From positions 1 to 32,000 of the forward strand of contig CAYHYM010000001.1 of the NCBI GenBank assembly GCA_964360965.1: 32,000 nt of DNA, read 5' to 3'. Of this stretch, positions 23,187 through 32,000 are shown piece by piece. The notes under the pieces were generated by a model. That model saw only the letters and a program-made list of their open reading frames with translations. It was not told where the DNA came from and searched no databases. The position numbers were made by a program, and so were the translations under genes. Source of the stretch: an uncultured Gammaproteobacteria bacterium (GTDB lineage: Bacteria; Patescibacteriota; Microgenomatia; Daviesbacterales; UBA10151). Numbering within the stretch: position 1 is the stretch's first letter; each line of letters opens with the position of its first letter.

Positions 23187-24041
23187 TCAAGGATTTAAGG
23201 TTAAATACCAATTCAAAATCAAATTTCCCCAAAAAAGAGCCACCAATGATCCTAAAACCAAAAACGGGCCAAAGGGCAGATTCTGTCCAAATTTCTTTTT
23301 ACCCAAAATTATCAAAAATATGGCCACTGCCGCTCCTGTTAAAAATGATAAGAAAGTGGCCAAAACCGCATTGGGAAAACCCAATCCCAAACCCATAAAA
23401 GCCCCCAGCTTGACATCTCCTCCTCCCATGCCTTTACCGCGGGTAATGGTAATAAGGGCCAGGTAAAATCCTGCCAAAAAAAGTGCTGTCAATATTGAGA
23501 AAAAAAACTGCTCCAGCATTATCTGGGTATGTCTTATAAAATAAGGACTGTGAGGGGGAAGCAGCAGCCTTCCCACCAAAGATTGTGAAAGATAAAAATA
23601 AAGATAGCCAATCTTATATAAAGTAAGACTGATCAGCCATATTAGTAAAGTGACCATGGCAGGCCAAATTATCCGGTCAGGGATCAGCATTTTTTTAAAA
23701 TCTGTTAAAAAAATTATGGTCAGAACTGTGATAAAGAATACTTTAAAAAAAAGCTCAAGAAGTTGAATTGGGGAGGGGAGCGAAGTCGAGGGAATGGAAG
23801 TTGAGAAAAGATAGGCTATCAAAAGACCTATCACAATCTCCATCCACAAATACTCAGTAGAAATCTTTTTATGGCAATACCTGCATTTACCATAGAGAAT
23901 TAGATAGGAAAAAATAGGAATAAGGTCATACCATCCAAGTTGATGTTTACATTTTGGACAGTACGACCTTCCCCAAAAAGACCGCTTTTGTAAACTGCGA
24001 TCAGCCAAGGCTTTAACCAGACTCCCCAGAACAGCCCCCAC
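23187..24041 (-). CDS. pilD: Prepilin peptidase / N-methyltransferase PilD (A24 family); start uncertain
   Basis: CPKCKHQLGWYDLIPIFSYLILYGKCRYCHKKIS is the Cys4 motif. The catalytic Asp motifs are MLIPDR and GGGDVKLGAFMG. The protein is polytopic. Confidence 0.85.
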   Translation of the reverse strand: MGAVLGSLVKALADRSLQKRSFWGRSYCPKCKHQLGWYDLIPIFSYLILYGKCRYCHKKISTEYLWMEIVIGLLIAYLFSTSIPSTSLPSPIQLLELFFKVFFITVLTIIFLTDFKKMLIPDRIIWPAMVTLLIWLISLTLYKIGYLYFYLSQSLVGRLLLPPHSPYFIRHTQIMLEQFFFSILTALFLAGFYLALITITRGKGMGGGDVKLGAFMGLGLGFPNAVLATFLSFLTGAAVAIFLIILGKKKFGQNLPFGPFLVLGSLVALFWGNLILNWYLTLNP

Positions 24042-24055
24042 TATAAACCCTAAAA

Positions 24056-24604
24056 TTAGTATATACAGCTTCCTACTGATGCGGCATTGAGTGTCAATCC
24101 AGAACCCACCTCAAACTTATCAGTTTCATTACCTCCATCAGTTATCATCTTGCCGGACTGTTGAACTGATTCCAAAACCGTATTTATTTCCCAACCAGTA
24201 CCATTTGAACAGTAGGTGTAATGATAAGCTGTGGAGTTGGTAGGATCAACCGGTAAAGTTGGCACTGACACACTCTGTTGTGAAGAAAGGTCAACCTTAA
24301 CCCAACCTGTTCCATTAGATGCTCTTGAACCTGTGCTTACACCACTGCAAGGGACTGTCAGATCCTTACACAAAATAGCGGCAGATGAAGACGTTGCTTC
24401 CTGAACTGCCACATTAATAGCCTGTTGCAAGTTGGCCAGATCTGTCAATCTGGCAGCATCCCGACCCCTTCTTGTTAATTCCAAAGGATTAATAATAAGT
24501 ACCACCACTGCTGCCAATATGGCAATAATGGCAATAACAACTAAAAGTTCCACCAAAGTGAAACCCTTTGATTCACTTCGTTTACTCAGGGCAGATTTAC
24601 TCAA
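24056..24604 (-). CDS. pilA: Type IV pilin, probable major pilin
   Basis: (TTG)SKSALSKRSESKG|FTLVELLVVIAIIAILAAVVV. It is the only gene here with a perfect AGGAGGTGA SD, and it sits between pilC and pilD. Confidence 0.8.
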   Translation of the reverse strand: MSKSALSKRSESKGFTLVELLVVIAIIAILAAVVVLIINPLELTRRGRDAARLTDLANLQQAINVAVQEATSSSAAILCKDLTVPCSGVSTGSRASNGTGWVKVDLSSQQSVSVPTLPVDPTNSTAYHYTYCSNGTGWEINTVLESVQQSGKMITDGGNETDKFEVGSGLTLNAASVGSCIY

Positions 24605-24610
24605 ACTCTC

Positions 24611-24619
24611 TCACCTCCT
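24611..24619 (-). promoter_or_regulatory. Shine-Dalgarno AGGAGGTGA for pilA
   Basis: The plus strand tcacctcct is the complement of AGGAGGTGA. It lies 6 nt upstream of the TTG start at 24604. Confidence 0.7.
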
Positions 24620-24649
24620 CTCAAAAATCAAAATTTTACTAACCATATT

Positions 24650-24680
24650 ATTGTATCCATAAAAAATAGTGTTAAGTCAA
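24650..24680 (-). promoter_or_regulatory. Possible pilA promoter
   Basis: Minus strand TTGACT (24680-24675), 19 nt, TACAAT (24655-24650). The spacer is long, so this is tentative. Confidence 0.3.
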
Positions 24681-24690
24681 GATGGCAAAA

Positions 24691-25890
24691 TCAGAATGAA
24701 GTTGTCAGTTTATAAATGGGCAGGATGATGGATAAGACTAAAAAGCCTACGCCAATTCCCAAAACTATTAAGATAATAGGTTCAATGGCCACAGTTAAAT
24801 TTTTCACCAGATGGTCAGATTCTGATTCAAAATACTCTGATAATTTAAAAAAAATCTCATCCACCTTTCCTGTTTCTTCACCCACCTTAACCATCTGAGA
24901 AACAATTTTGGGGAAGATGGAAAGGGAGAGTAGTGAGGAAAATGGCATGCCCCTCTCTACCCCGGCATAGGATGATTTTAAGGCATTTCTAAAAACCTGA
25001 TTTTCTGTCACCCCCCCTACAATATTGATAGCCTCAAGCAGAGGGATACCCGCTGAAACCAACAGGCCAAAAGTTCTGCTAAAGTTGGTCAGGGTGACAT
25101 TGGTTATCACCTTTCCTATGATGGGAGTTTTAAGAAGCAGTCTGTCAAAGGCCAGTCCTCCGGCAGGGGTTTTCACCCATCTTTTCAAAACTGCCACAGT
25201 AATCCCCAAAATAATAATCATCAGCCACCAGAAATTAACAAACAAATCAGAGGTGGCAATCAGAATTTTGGTGGGAAGAGGCAAATCCAAAGTTGAATCA
25301 CGATACAAAGATGTCAGCTTGGGAATCACAAATATCATCATGATGATGATAACCGCCATCATCATGGTAATAACCACTATAGGATAAATTATGGCCCCCT
25401 TTACCCGGGCCCGAAATTCCCTTTCTTTTTCCAAAGAATCTGCCATCCTAAGGAATACCTCATCTAACTTTCCCGAGGCCTCGCCACTTTTGACCAGATT
25501 GACATATAGAATAGGAAAGACCTCTGTATGGCGACTCATTGCCTCTGCCAAACTCAAACCTCCTTTAATATCATGGGAAACCTCTGCTAAAACTTGCTTT
25601 AGGCCTTTGTTTTCCTGCTGTTCTTCCAAAATATCAATGGCCTCTGACAAAACCAAACCGGCAGAAATCATGGTGGCGAGCTGCCTGGTGATGGTGACCA
25701 GTTCAGAAAAACCGACCTTATTTAAAAACTTATCCAAAAGATAGACGGATTTTTTTTTAACAGTCACATCTGTCACCACCAAACCTCTTTTTCTAAGGAT
25801 CAAAGCAGCCAAACGAACATCACCGGCCTCGATTTCCCCTTTGTGTTCCTGACCATTTAAGTCTTTTGCCTTGTATAAAAAGTTAGCCAT
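24691..25890 (-). CDS. pilC: PilC (GspF-family platform protein)
   Basis: Two T2SSF-type repeats, polytopic, 399 aa. Its position after pilB-pilT fits. Confidence 0.85.
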   Translation of the reverse strand: MANFLYKAKDLNGQEHKGEIEAGDVRLAALILRKRGLVVTDVTVKKKSVYLLDKFLNKVGFSELVTITRQLATMISAGLVLSEAIDILEEQQENKGLKQVLAEVSHDIKGGLSLAEAMSRHTEVFPILYVNLVKSGEASGKLDEVFLRMADSLEKEREFRARVKGAIIYPIVVITMMMAVIIIMMIFVIPKLTSLYRDSTLDLPLPTKILIATSDLFVNFWWLMIIILGITVAVLKRWVKTPAGGLAFDRLLLKTPIIGKVITNVTLTNFSRTFGLLVSAGIPLLEAINIVGGVTENQVFRNALKSSYAGVERGMPFSSLLSLSIFPKIVSQMVKVGEETGKVDEIFFKLSEYFESESDHLVKNLTVAIEPIILIVLGIGVGFLVLSIILPIYKLTTSF

Positions 25891-26944
25891 GGGACGTAAG
25901 TAATTTAGTCAAAAGCTCAGGTCTGATGGCAAATCGCAGGGCCACATCGGCTGAGATTTTACCAGCCTTAACCAAAGAGTTAAGCGATGTTTCCAGATTC
26001 ATCATCCCCAGTTCGGCTGATGTTTGTATTAAATTATCAATCATATGGGTTTTTGCCTCCCTAATCATTGATCTGACCGCAGCATTGGCAAAAAGAATCT
26101 CTTGAGCCAAAATCCTGCCCGGAGTCAAGGTTGGCACCAGCCGCAAGCATAAAATAGCCTCCAAAGTAGATGCCAGCTGCATCCTGATCTGTAGCTGCTG
26201 AGTTTGAGGAAAAACATCAATGATACGATCCACTGATTGGGCGGCAGAATTGGTATGTAAGGTGGCAAAAACCAGATGCCCTGTTTCTGCGATGGTCATG
26301 GCAGAGGAAATGGTTTCCAAATCCCTCATCTCGCCAATTAACACCACATCCGGATCCTCTCGCAGAGCCGCGCGAAGCGCTCCAGCCCAGGACTTGGTAT
26401 CATTGTACATCTCCCGCTGAGAAATTAGAGATTTGCCCTTTGGATAAACATATTCAATGGGGTCCTCAATAGTAATAATGTGGGCAGCCCTATTTTGATT
26501 GATGGAATTTATAAAAGAGGCCAGAGCTGTTGATTTGCCATGGCCTGTTGGGCCGGTGATTAAAATAAAACCCTGGCGCAGCTCCGTCAGTTTTTCCACC
26601 ACCTGAGGAAATCCCAATTCGGAGATGGCCGGAATTTTAAAAGGGATCAGGCGAAAAGATGCTGCCAGGTTTCCTTTTTGACGATAGATGTTAACCCGAA
26701 ATCTGCCTTTTCCTTCAAAATCTATTGAGAAGTCAAGTTCCAGGTTTTGGGAGAAAGTTTGCTTTTGGGTCTCTGACAAAATTGGGGTTAAAAAGCTGAC
26801 CATCTCAGACGGAGCGATTACCTCTTCCCCTGGTATAGGGAAAAGCTCACCATGAACCCTTAAAATAGGAGGAAAACCTACGGAAAGATGCAAATCTGAA
26901 GCTCCCCTGGCAATGGTTGTTTCCATTAGTTGTTGAATAGTCAT
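25883..26944 (-). CDS. pilT: PilT retraction ATPase
   Basis: GASDLHLSVGFPPILRVHGEL, Walker A GPTGHGKST, and GHLVFATLHTNSAAQSVDRIIDVF. Length is 353 aa. Confidence 0.9.
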   Translation of the reverse strand: MTIQQLMETTIARGASDLHLSVGFPPILRVHGELFPIPGEEVIAPSEMVSFLTPILSETQKQTFSQNLELDFSIDFEGKGRFRVNIYRQKGNLAASFRLIPFKIPAISELGFPQVVEKLTELRQGFILITGPTGHGKSTALASFINSINQNRAAHIITIEDPIEYVYPKGKSLISQREMYNDTKSWAGALRAALREDPDVVLIGEMRDLETISSAMTIAETGHLVFATLHTNSAAQSVDRIIDVFPQTQQLQIRMQLASTLEAILCLRLVPTLTPGRILAQEILFANAAVRSMIREAKTHMIDNLIQTSAELGMMNLETSLNSLVKAGKISADVALRFAIRPELLTKLLTSHG

Positions 26945-26952
26945 ATTTTTTC

Positions 26953-28665
26953 TTAATCCTGTGCGACTCTTAGCACCTCTTCCATGGTGGTAATTCCTTC
27001 CAAAACCTTTAAATATCCATCCTGTTTCATGGTGACCATGCCATCCTCAACACCCTGGCGTTCAATGTCTTGTGAGGAGGCATGCTCCAAAATTTTCCGG
27101 GAAATTTTTTCTGTTACCAGCAGCACTTCAAAAATACCGATTCTGCCCAGATATCCCATCTGAGCGCAATCTTGACAGCCTTGCGTTTTATAAAGTTTGA
27201 TCTGACCATTTTTGGGCAGCAAGTTTCCCAAAACAGCTTTGATATTTTCCCAAACCTCAGGAGGAGCATCATATAAAACTTTACATTTGGGACAAAGTTT
27301 TCTGACCACTCGTTGCCCCATCACTGCATTTAGGGCTGATGCCAAAAGAAACGGCTCCACCCCCATATCCAACAGCCTGGGAGCTGCGCCTGAAGAGGAA
27401 TTGGTATGAACTGTGGAAAAAACCTGATGGCCGGTCAAGGCTGCCTGGATGGCCAGTTCAGCAGTTTCTGTATCTCTGATCTCACCCACCATCATTATAT
27501 TGGGATCCTGACGCAAAAATGAACGCAGGGCTGAGGCAAAAGTTAAGCCTATTTGGGGATTGACCTGAACCTGATTAACTCCGGGAATTTCATACTCAAC
27601 CGGATCTTCAATGGTTAGGATATTAACTTTGGTGGTGGAAACTTTGGTCAGGATGGAGTAGAGGGTGGTGGTTTTGCCTGAACCTGTTGGTCCGCAGATT
27701 AAGATGATGCCATGAGGGCGAAGCAGCTGGGACCCTAAATTATTCAAAGACGAACCCCTCAGCCCCAGCTCCAGCAGGGTGGGGGCGCCTCCTGATTTAG
27801 GCAGTAGCCTCATCACCACTTTTTCCCCAAAAATGGTCGGCACTGTGGAGATACGTAGGTCAACTTCCTTCCCTTGATAATCAAAAGAGAACCTGCCATC
27901 CTGCGGCAGCCTTTTTTCATCAATTTTTAAAACAGCCAGAATTTTAACCCTGGAGATCAGGGCATCATGTACCCCTTTGGGCAGAATTATTTTTTCCGAC
28001 AGCACACCGTCAATTCTATAGCGGACCCGGGTTTTGTCTTCCTGTGGTTCAATATGGATGTCGGAAGCGCGGGTTTTGATGGCATATTCTAAAAGTTGAT
28101 TGATGATATTGGCCACAGGCGCCTCGCGGATCACCTCAGGCGCCTCTTGAGCTTCCTCTTGCGGTTTAACCGAGGCCACCTCTTTTAGGGCAGATGTCAC
28201 CTCGGTAGTTAAACTTTGGGCATACTGGTTGGAAATGGCCTTTAAAATATCTGAAGTTAAGCCCAAAAAAGGCCTGATCCTCATGCCTGATTTTTTCTCA
28301 ATAAATTGGATCACCTGTATATCTAAAGGGTCTGCCATGGCCACCAGCAGTTGCCCATCTTTTTGGTCAAAAGCGATCAGGATATAGCGGCGGGCCACTG
28401 CCTCAGGGATTAAATTTAGGATATTGGAAGCAATGGCCTGATCTTCCAGTAAGATATAGGGAACATTTAAAATTTGAGCTTTGGCCTGGGTTAGTTTATC
28501 AACAGGCACAAAATTATGTTCAAGAATTATTTTTTCGCTATTTTGGCCGGTGTTGATGCTTTCCAGCTTAATGGAAGAGAGTTGATCAGGAGTCAGAAGC
28601 CCCTGTTTAAATAGGATGTCCTCAATTAAAACATTATTTGATGAAGACTGGGCAGCCTGATCCAT
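26953..28665 (-). CDS. pilB: PilB/GspE-family assembly ATPase
   Basis: N-terminal T2SSE_N-type domain, Walker A GPTGSGKTTT, GHQVFSTVHTN, and the tetracysteine CPKC...CQDC. Confidence 0.9.
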   Translation of the reverse strand: MDQAAQSSSNNVLIEDILFKQGLLTPDQLSSIKLESINTGQNSEKIILEHNFVPVDKLTQAKAQILNVPYILLEDQAIASNILNLIPEAVARRYILIAFDQKDGQLLVAMADPLDIQVIQFIEKKSGMRIRPFLGLTSDILKAISNQYAQSLTTEVTSALKEVASVKPQEEAQEAPEVIREAPVANIINQLLEYAIKTRASDIHIEPQEDKTRVRYRIDGVLSEKIILPKGVHDALISRVKILAVLKIDEKRLPQDGRFSFDYQGKEVDLRISTVPTIFGEKVVMRLLPKSGGAPTLLELGLRGSSLNNLGSQLLRPHGIILICGPTGSGKTTTLYSILTKVSTTKVNILTIEDPVEYEIPGVNQVQVNPQIGLTFASALRSFLRQDPNIMMVGEIRDTETAELAIQAALTGHQVFSTVHTNSSSGAAPRLLDMGVEPFLLASALNAVMGQRVVRKLCPKCKVLYDAPPEVWENIKAVLGNLLPKNGQIKLYKTQGCQDCAQMGYLGRIGIFEVLLVTEKISRKILEHASSQDIERQGVEDGMVTMKQDGYLKVLEGITTMEEVLRVAQD

Positions 28666-28673
28666 ATATCTTT

Positions 28674-28703
28674 ATTATGGGCAAAATAACAGGGTGGTGT
28701 CAA
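28674..28703 (-). promoter_or_regulatory. Near-consensus promoter for the pilus operon with leaderless geometry
   Basis: Minus strand TTGACA (28703-28698), 18 nt, CATAAT (28679-28674), 8 nt, ATG (28665). No SD. Confidence 0.55.
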
Positions 28704-28723
28704 TCCCGATTAAATCAGGATCA

Positions 28724-29449
28724 ATGCTTCACCCGGGATATTGCTTACATCAGGTTATTTATGTTAAAAATCATCCTGTGATATCCAAGCTTTTGATATC
28801 CCCATCTATTAAGGCAATAAGGGCAGAGGTTGACACCATGCTGACTCAAGCGGGTCTTAAAAAAACCCATCCAGATGTTTTATATTTCGAACGCAGTGAG
28901 AAGTTAGGCATTGGTGAAGCCAGAAAAATCAAAAACCATTTTTCCCATAAACCATTTCAGGCCAAGGGTAAAGCCGTAGTTTTGGAAGATGCAGGCATTT
29001 TAACTCCTGAGGCCCAAAATGCCCTGTTAAAAACTTTAGAGGAACCACCTGCTGACGCCCTGATAATTTTGGCAGCTTCATCAGACGCTCAATTTTTACC
29101 CACCATTTTATCCCGCTGCCAGATAATTAATCTTGAAGGTAGAAAGTATAACAATTATAACAACTATAAAAATTATACTAAAGATCTCGAGGCTTTGTTA
29201 AAAGCAGATATCCCAGAAAGGTTTGAATATATTGAAAAACTAAAGGACAGGGGAGAATTTTTAAAATTTTTAATTCAAGCTTTCCGTCAACAACTACTAC
29301 AGTCTACGCACGCCAAGTCTGACTTGGCGAGGCTGGAAATACAGAATTTCCTGAAGGAGCTTTTGCAGGCCGAGCAGTGGGCAAAACAAAATGTCAATAT
29401 CCGGGCCATTTTGGAATATTTAATGCTGGTTATGCCCCAAAAATTGTGA
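28724..29449 (+). CDS. holB: DNA polymerase III delta-prime (HolB)-like protein with a degenerate P-loop
   Basis: HPDVLYF, NALLKTLEEPP and ILSRCQ motifs. There is no GxxGxGK. The ATG at 28724 is preferred; the alternative GTG at 28694 overlaps the pilB -35. Confidence 0.65.
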   Translation: MLHPGYCLHQVIYVKNHPVISKLLISPSIKAIRAEVDTMLTQAGLKKTHPDVLYFERSEKLGIGEARKIKNHFSHKPFQAKGKAVVLEDAGILTPEAQNALLKTLEEPPADALIILAASSDAQFLPTILSRCQIINLEGRKYNNYNNYKNYTKDLEALLKADIPERFEYIEKLKDRGEFLKFLIQAFRQQLLQSTHAKSDLARLEIQNFLKELLQAEQWAKQNVNIRAILEYLMLVMPQKL

Positions 29450-29455
29450 TAAAAT
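29447..29455 (+). promoter_or_regulatory. Extended -10 (TGATAAAAT) for gyrB with leaderless geometry
   Basis: TGATAAAAT, 8 nt, ATG (29464). No SD. Confidence 0.4.
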
Positions 29456-29457
29456 GA

Positions 29458-31443
<1,986 letters not shown>

Positions 31444-31463
31444 TGGATTTTGCTAACGCGGCA

Positions 31464-31481
31464 CTGAGCGTAGTCGAAAGG
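31464..31481 (-). repeat. Family-2 GC-rich motif copy, intergenic, inverted orientation
   Basis: CTGAGCGTAGTCGAAAGG resembles CTGAGCGGAGTCGAAG at 22126-22141. It lies 21 nt after the gyrB stop. Confidence 0.55.
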
Positions 31482-31497
31482 CAATAGAGGTTTATGT

Positions 31498-32000
31498 ATG
31501 AAAAATTATTCCCCAATTTTATTTGAGGCCTATGATAAGTTTATGCTCTCCCTGGGGGGCAAAAAGATTCCCACTCCATACAGGATAAATATTCCATATC
31601 AGAGCGATAGAAAAAAATATGGTAAATCTGATCCTGATACTTTAACAACAGATACCAGAAGGTTGGTCGTAGAGCGGAATTTTGATTTAAATAAAGCAAC
31701 TGAGCAAGAAATAAGAAGTTTCATGGAAAAAAATATGCTGGGGATTGACTGTTCCGGATTTGTCTATCATCTGCTGGATTATTTATTAAGACATACCAAC
31801 AAGGGAGGCATGGAAAATATCGGTTTTCCTCCTGCCCAAAGAACCAATGTTTGGCTGTTAACTTCCAAGGAGTTCACCATTCCTGTTGATGATCTAACCC
31901 ATGCTTTGGCAGGGGATTTGATAAAATTAAACAGTGGGCAGGATCTTTTGCACTGCCTGATTGTTTTGGATCACCAAAATAGTATGATCACCTATACTCA
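31498..32000 (+). CDS. NlpC/P60-like cysteine peptidase domain protein; 3' end off the window
   Basis: Hand-translated as MKNYSPILFEAYDKF.... GIDCSGFVYHLL is the catalytic-Cys motif and AGDLIKLNSGQDLLHCLIVLD is the GDL...H motif. GAGG lies 7 nt upstream of the ATG. It is absent from the track because it is open at the window edge. Confidence 0.55.
   Translation, partial: MKNYSPILFEAYDKFMLSLGGKKIPTPYRINIPYQSDRKKYGKSDPDTLTTDTRRLVVERNFDLNKATEQEIRSFMEKNMLGIDCSGFVYHLLDYLLRHTNKGGMENIGFPPAQRTNVWLLTSKEFTIPVDDLTHALAGDLIKLNSGQDLLHCLIVLDHQNSMITYT

Overview
Gene-dense, AT-rich bacterial window read under the standard code; TGA, TAA and TAG all end ORFs where homologs would end. It has four blocks. (1) 1-5336, minus strand: an accessory cassette of secreted or membrane-anchored Cys-rich proteins around a 930-aa protein. 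That protein has seven 4-Cys modules and a ~490-aa Tyr/Thr/Pro/Ser low-complexity tail, and two paralogous Cys-pair-repeat proteins flank it, one fused to a cupredoxin-like domain. (2) 5373-12612: housekeeping genes: Nudix, archaeal-type tyrS, recG, rpmF, nusB, an ACP-like relic, rnc, rpsP, a KH protein and trmD. (3) 12621-28665: one ~16-kb minus-strand type IV pilus superoperon. Transcription order is pilB, pilT, pilC, pilA, pilD, four pilA paralogs, a RAYT transposase, six minor or pseudopilins, a 600-aa PilX-like protein, pilM, pilN and pilO, with no secretin. (4) A holB-like gene, gyrB and a partial NlpC/P60-like gene. I found no rRNA, tRNA or CRISPR. The secretin-less T4P, archaeal-type TyrRS, fatty-acid-synthesis-free acpP relic and tiny intergenic spacers suggest a reduced-genome monoderm-type uncultivated bacterium such as Patescibacteria/CPR; this is inference only. 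The main second-look items are the Cys-rich/Tyr-Pro-Thr cassette, short GC-rich palindromic elements inserted in frame into recG and into prepilin leader regions, an intact RAYT with ~33-nt inverted flanks inside the pilin array, a serine-less ACP in a Firmicute-like synteny skeleton, and repeated promoter-to-ATG geometry implying leaderless mRNAs.
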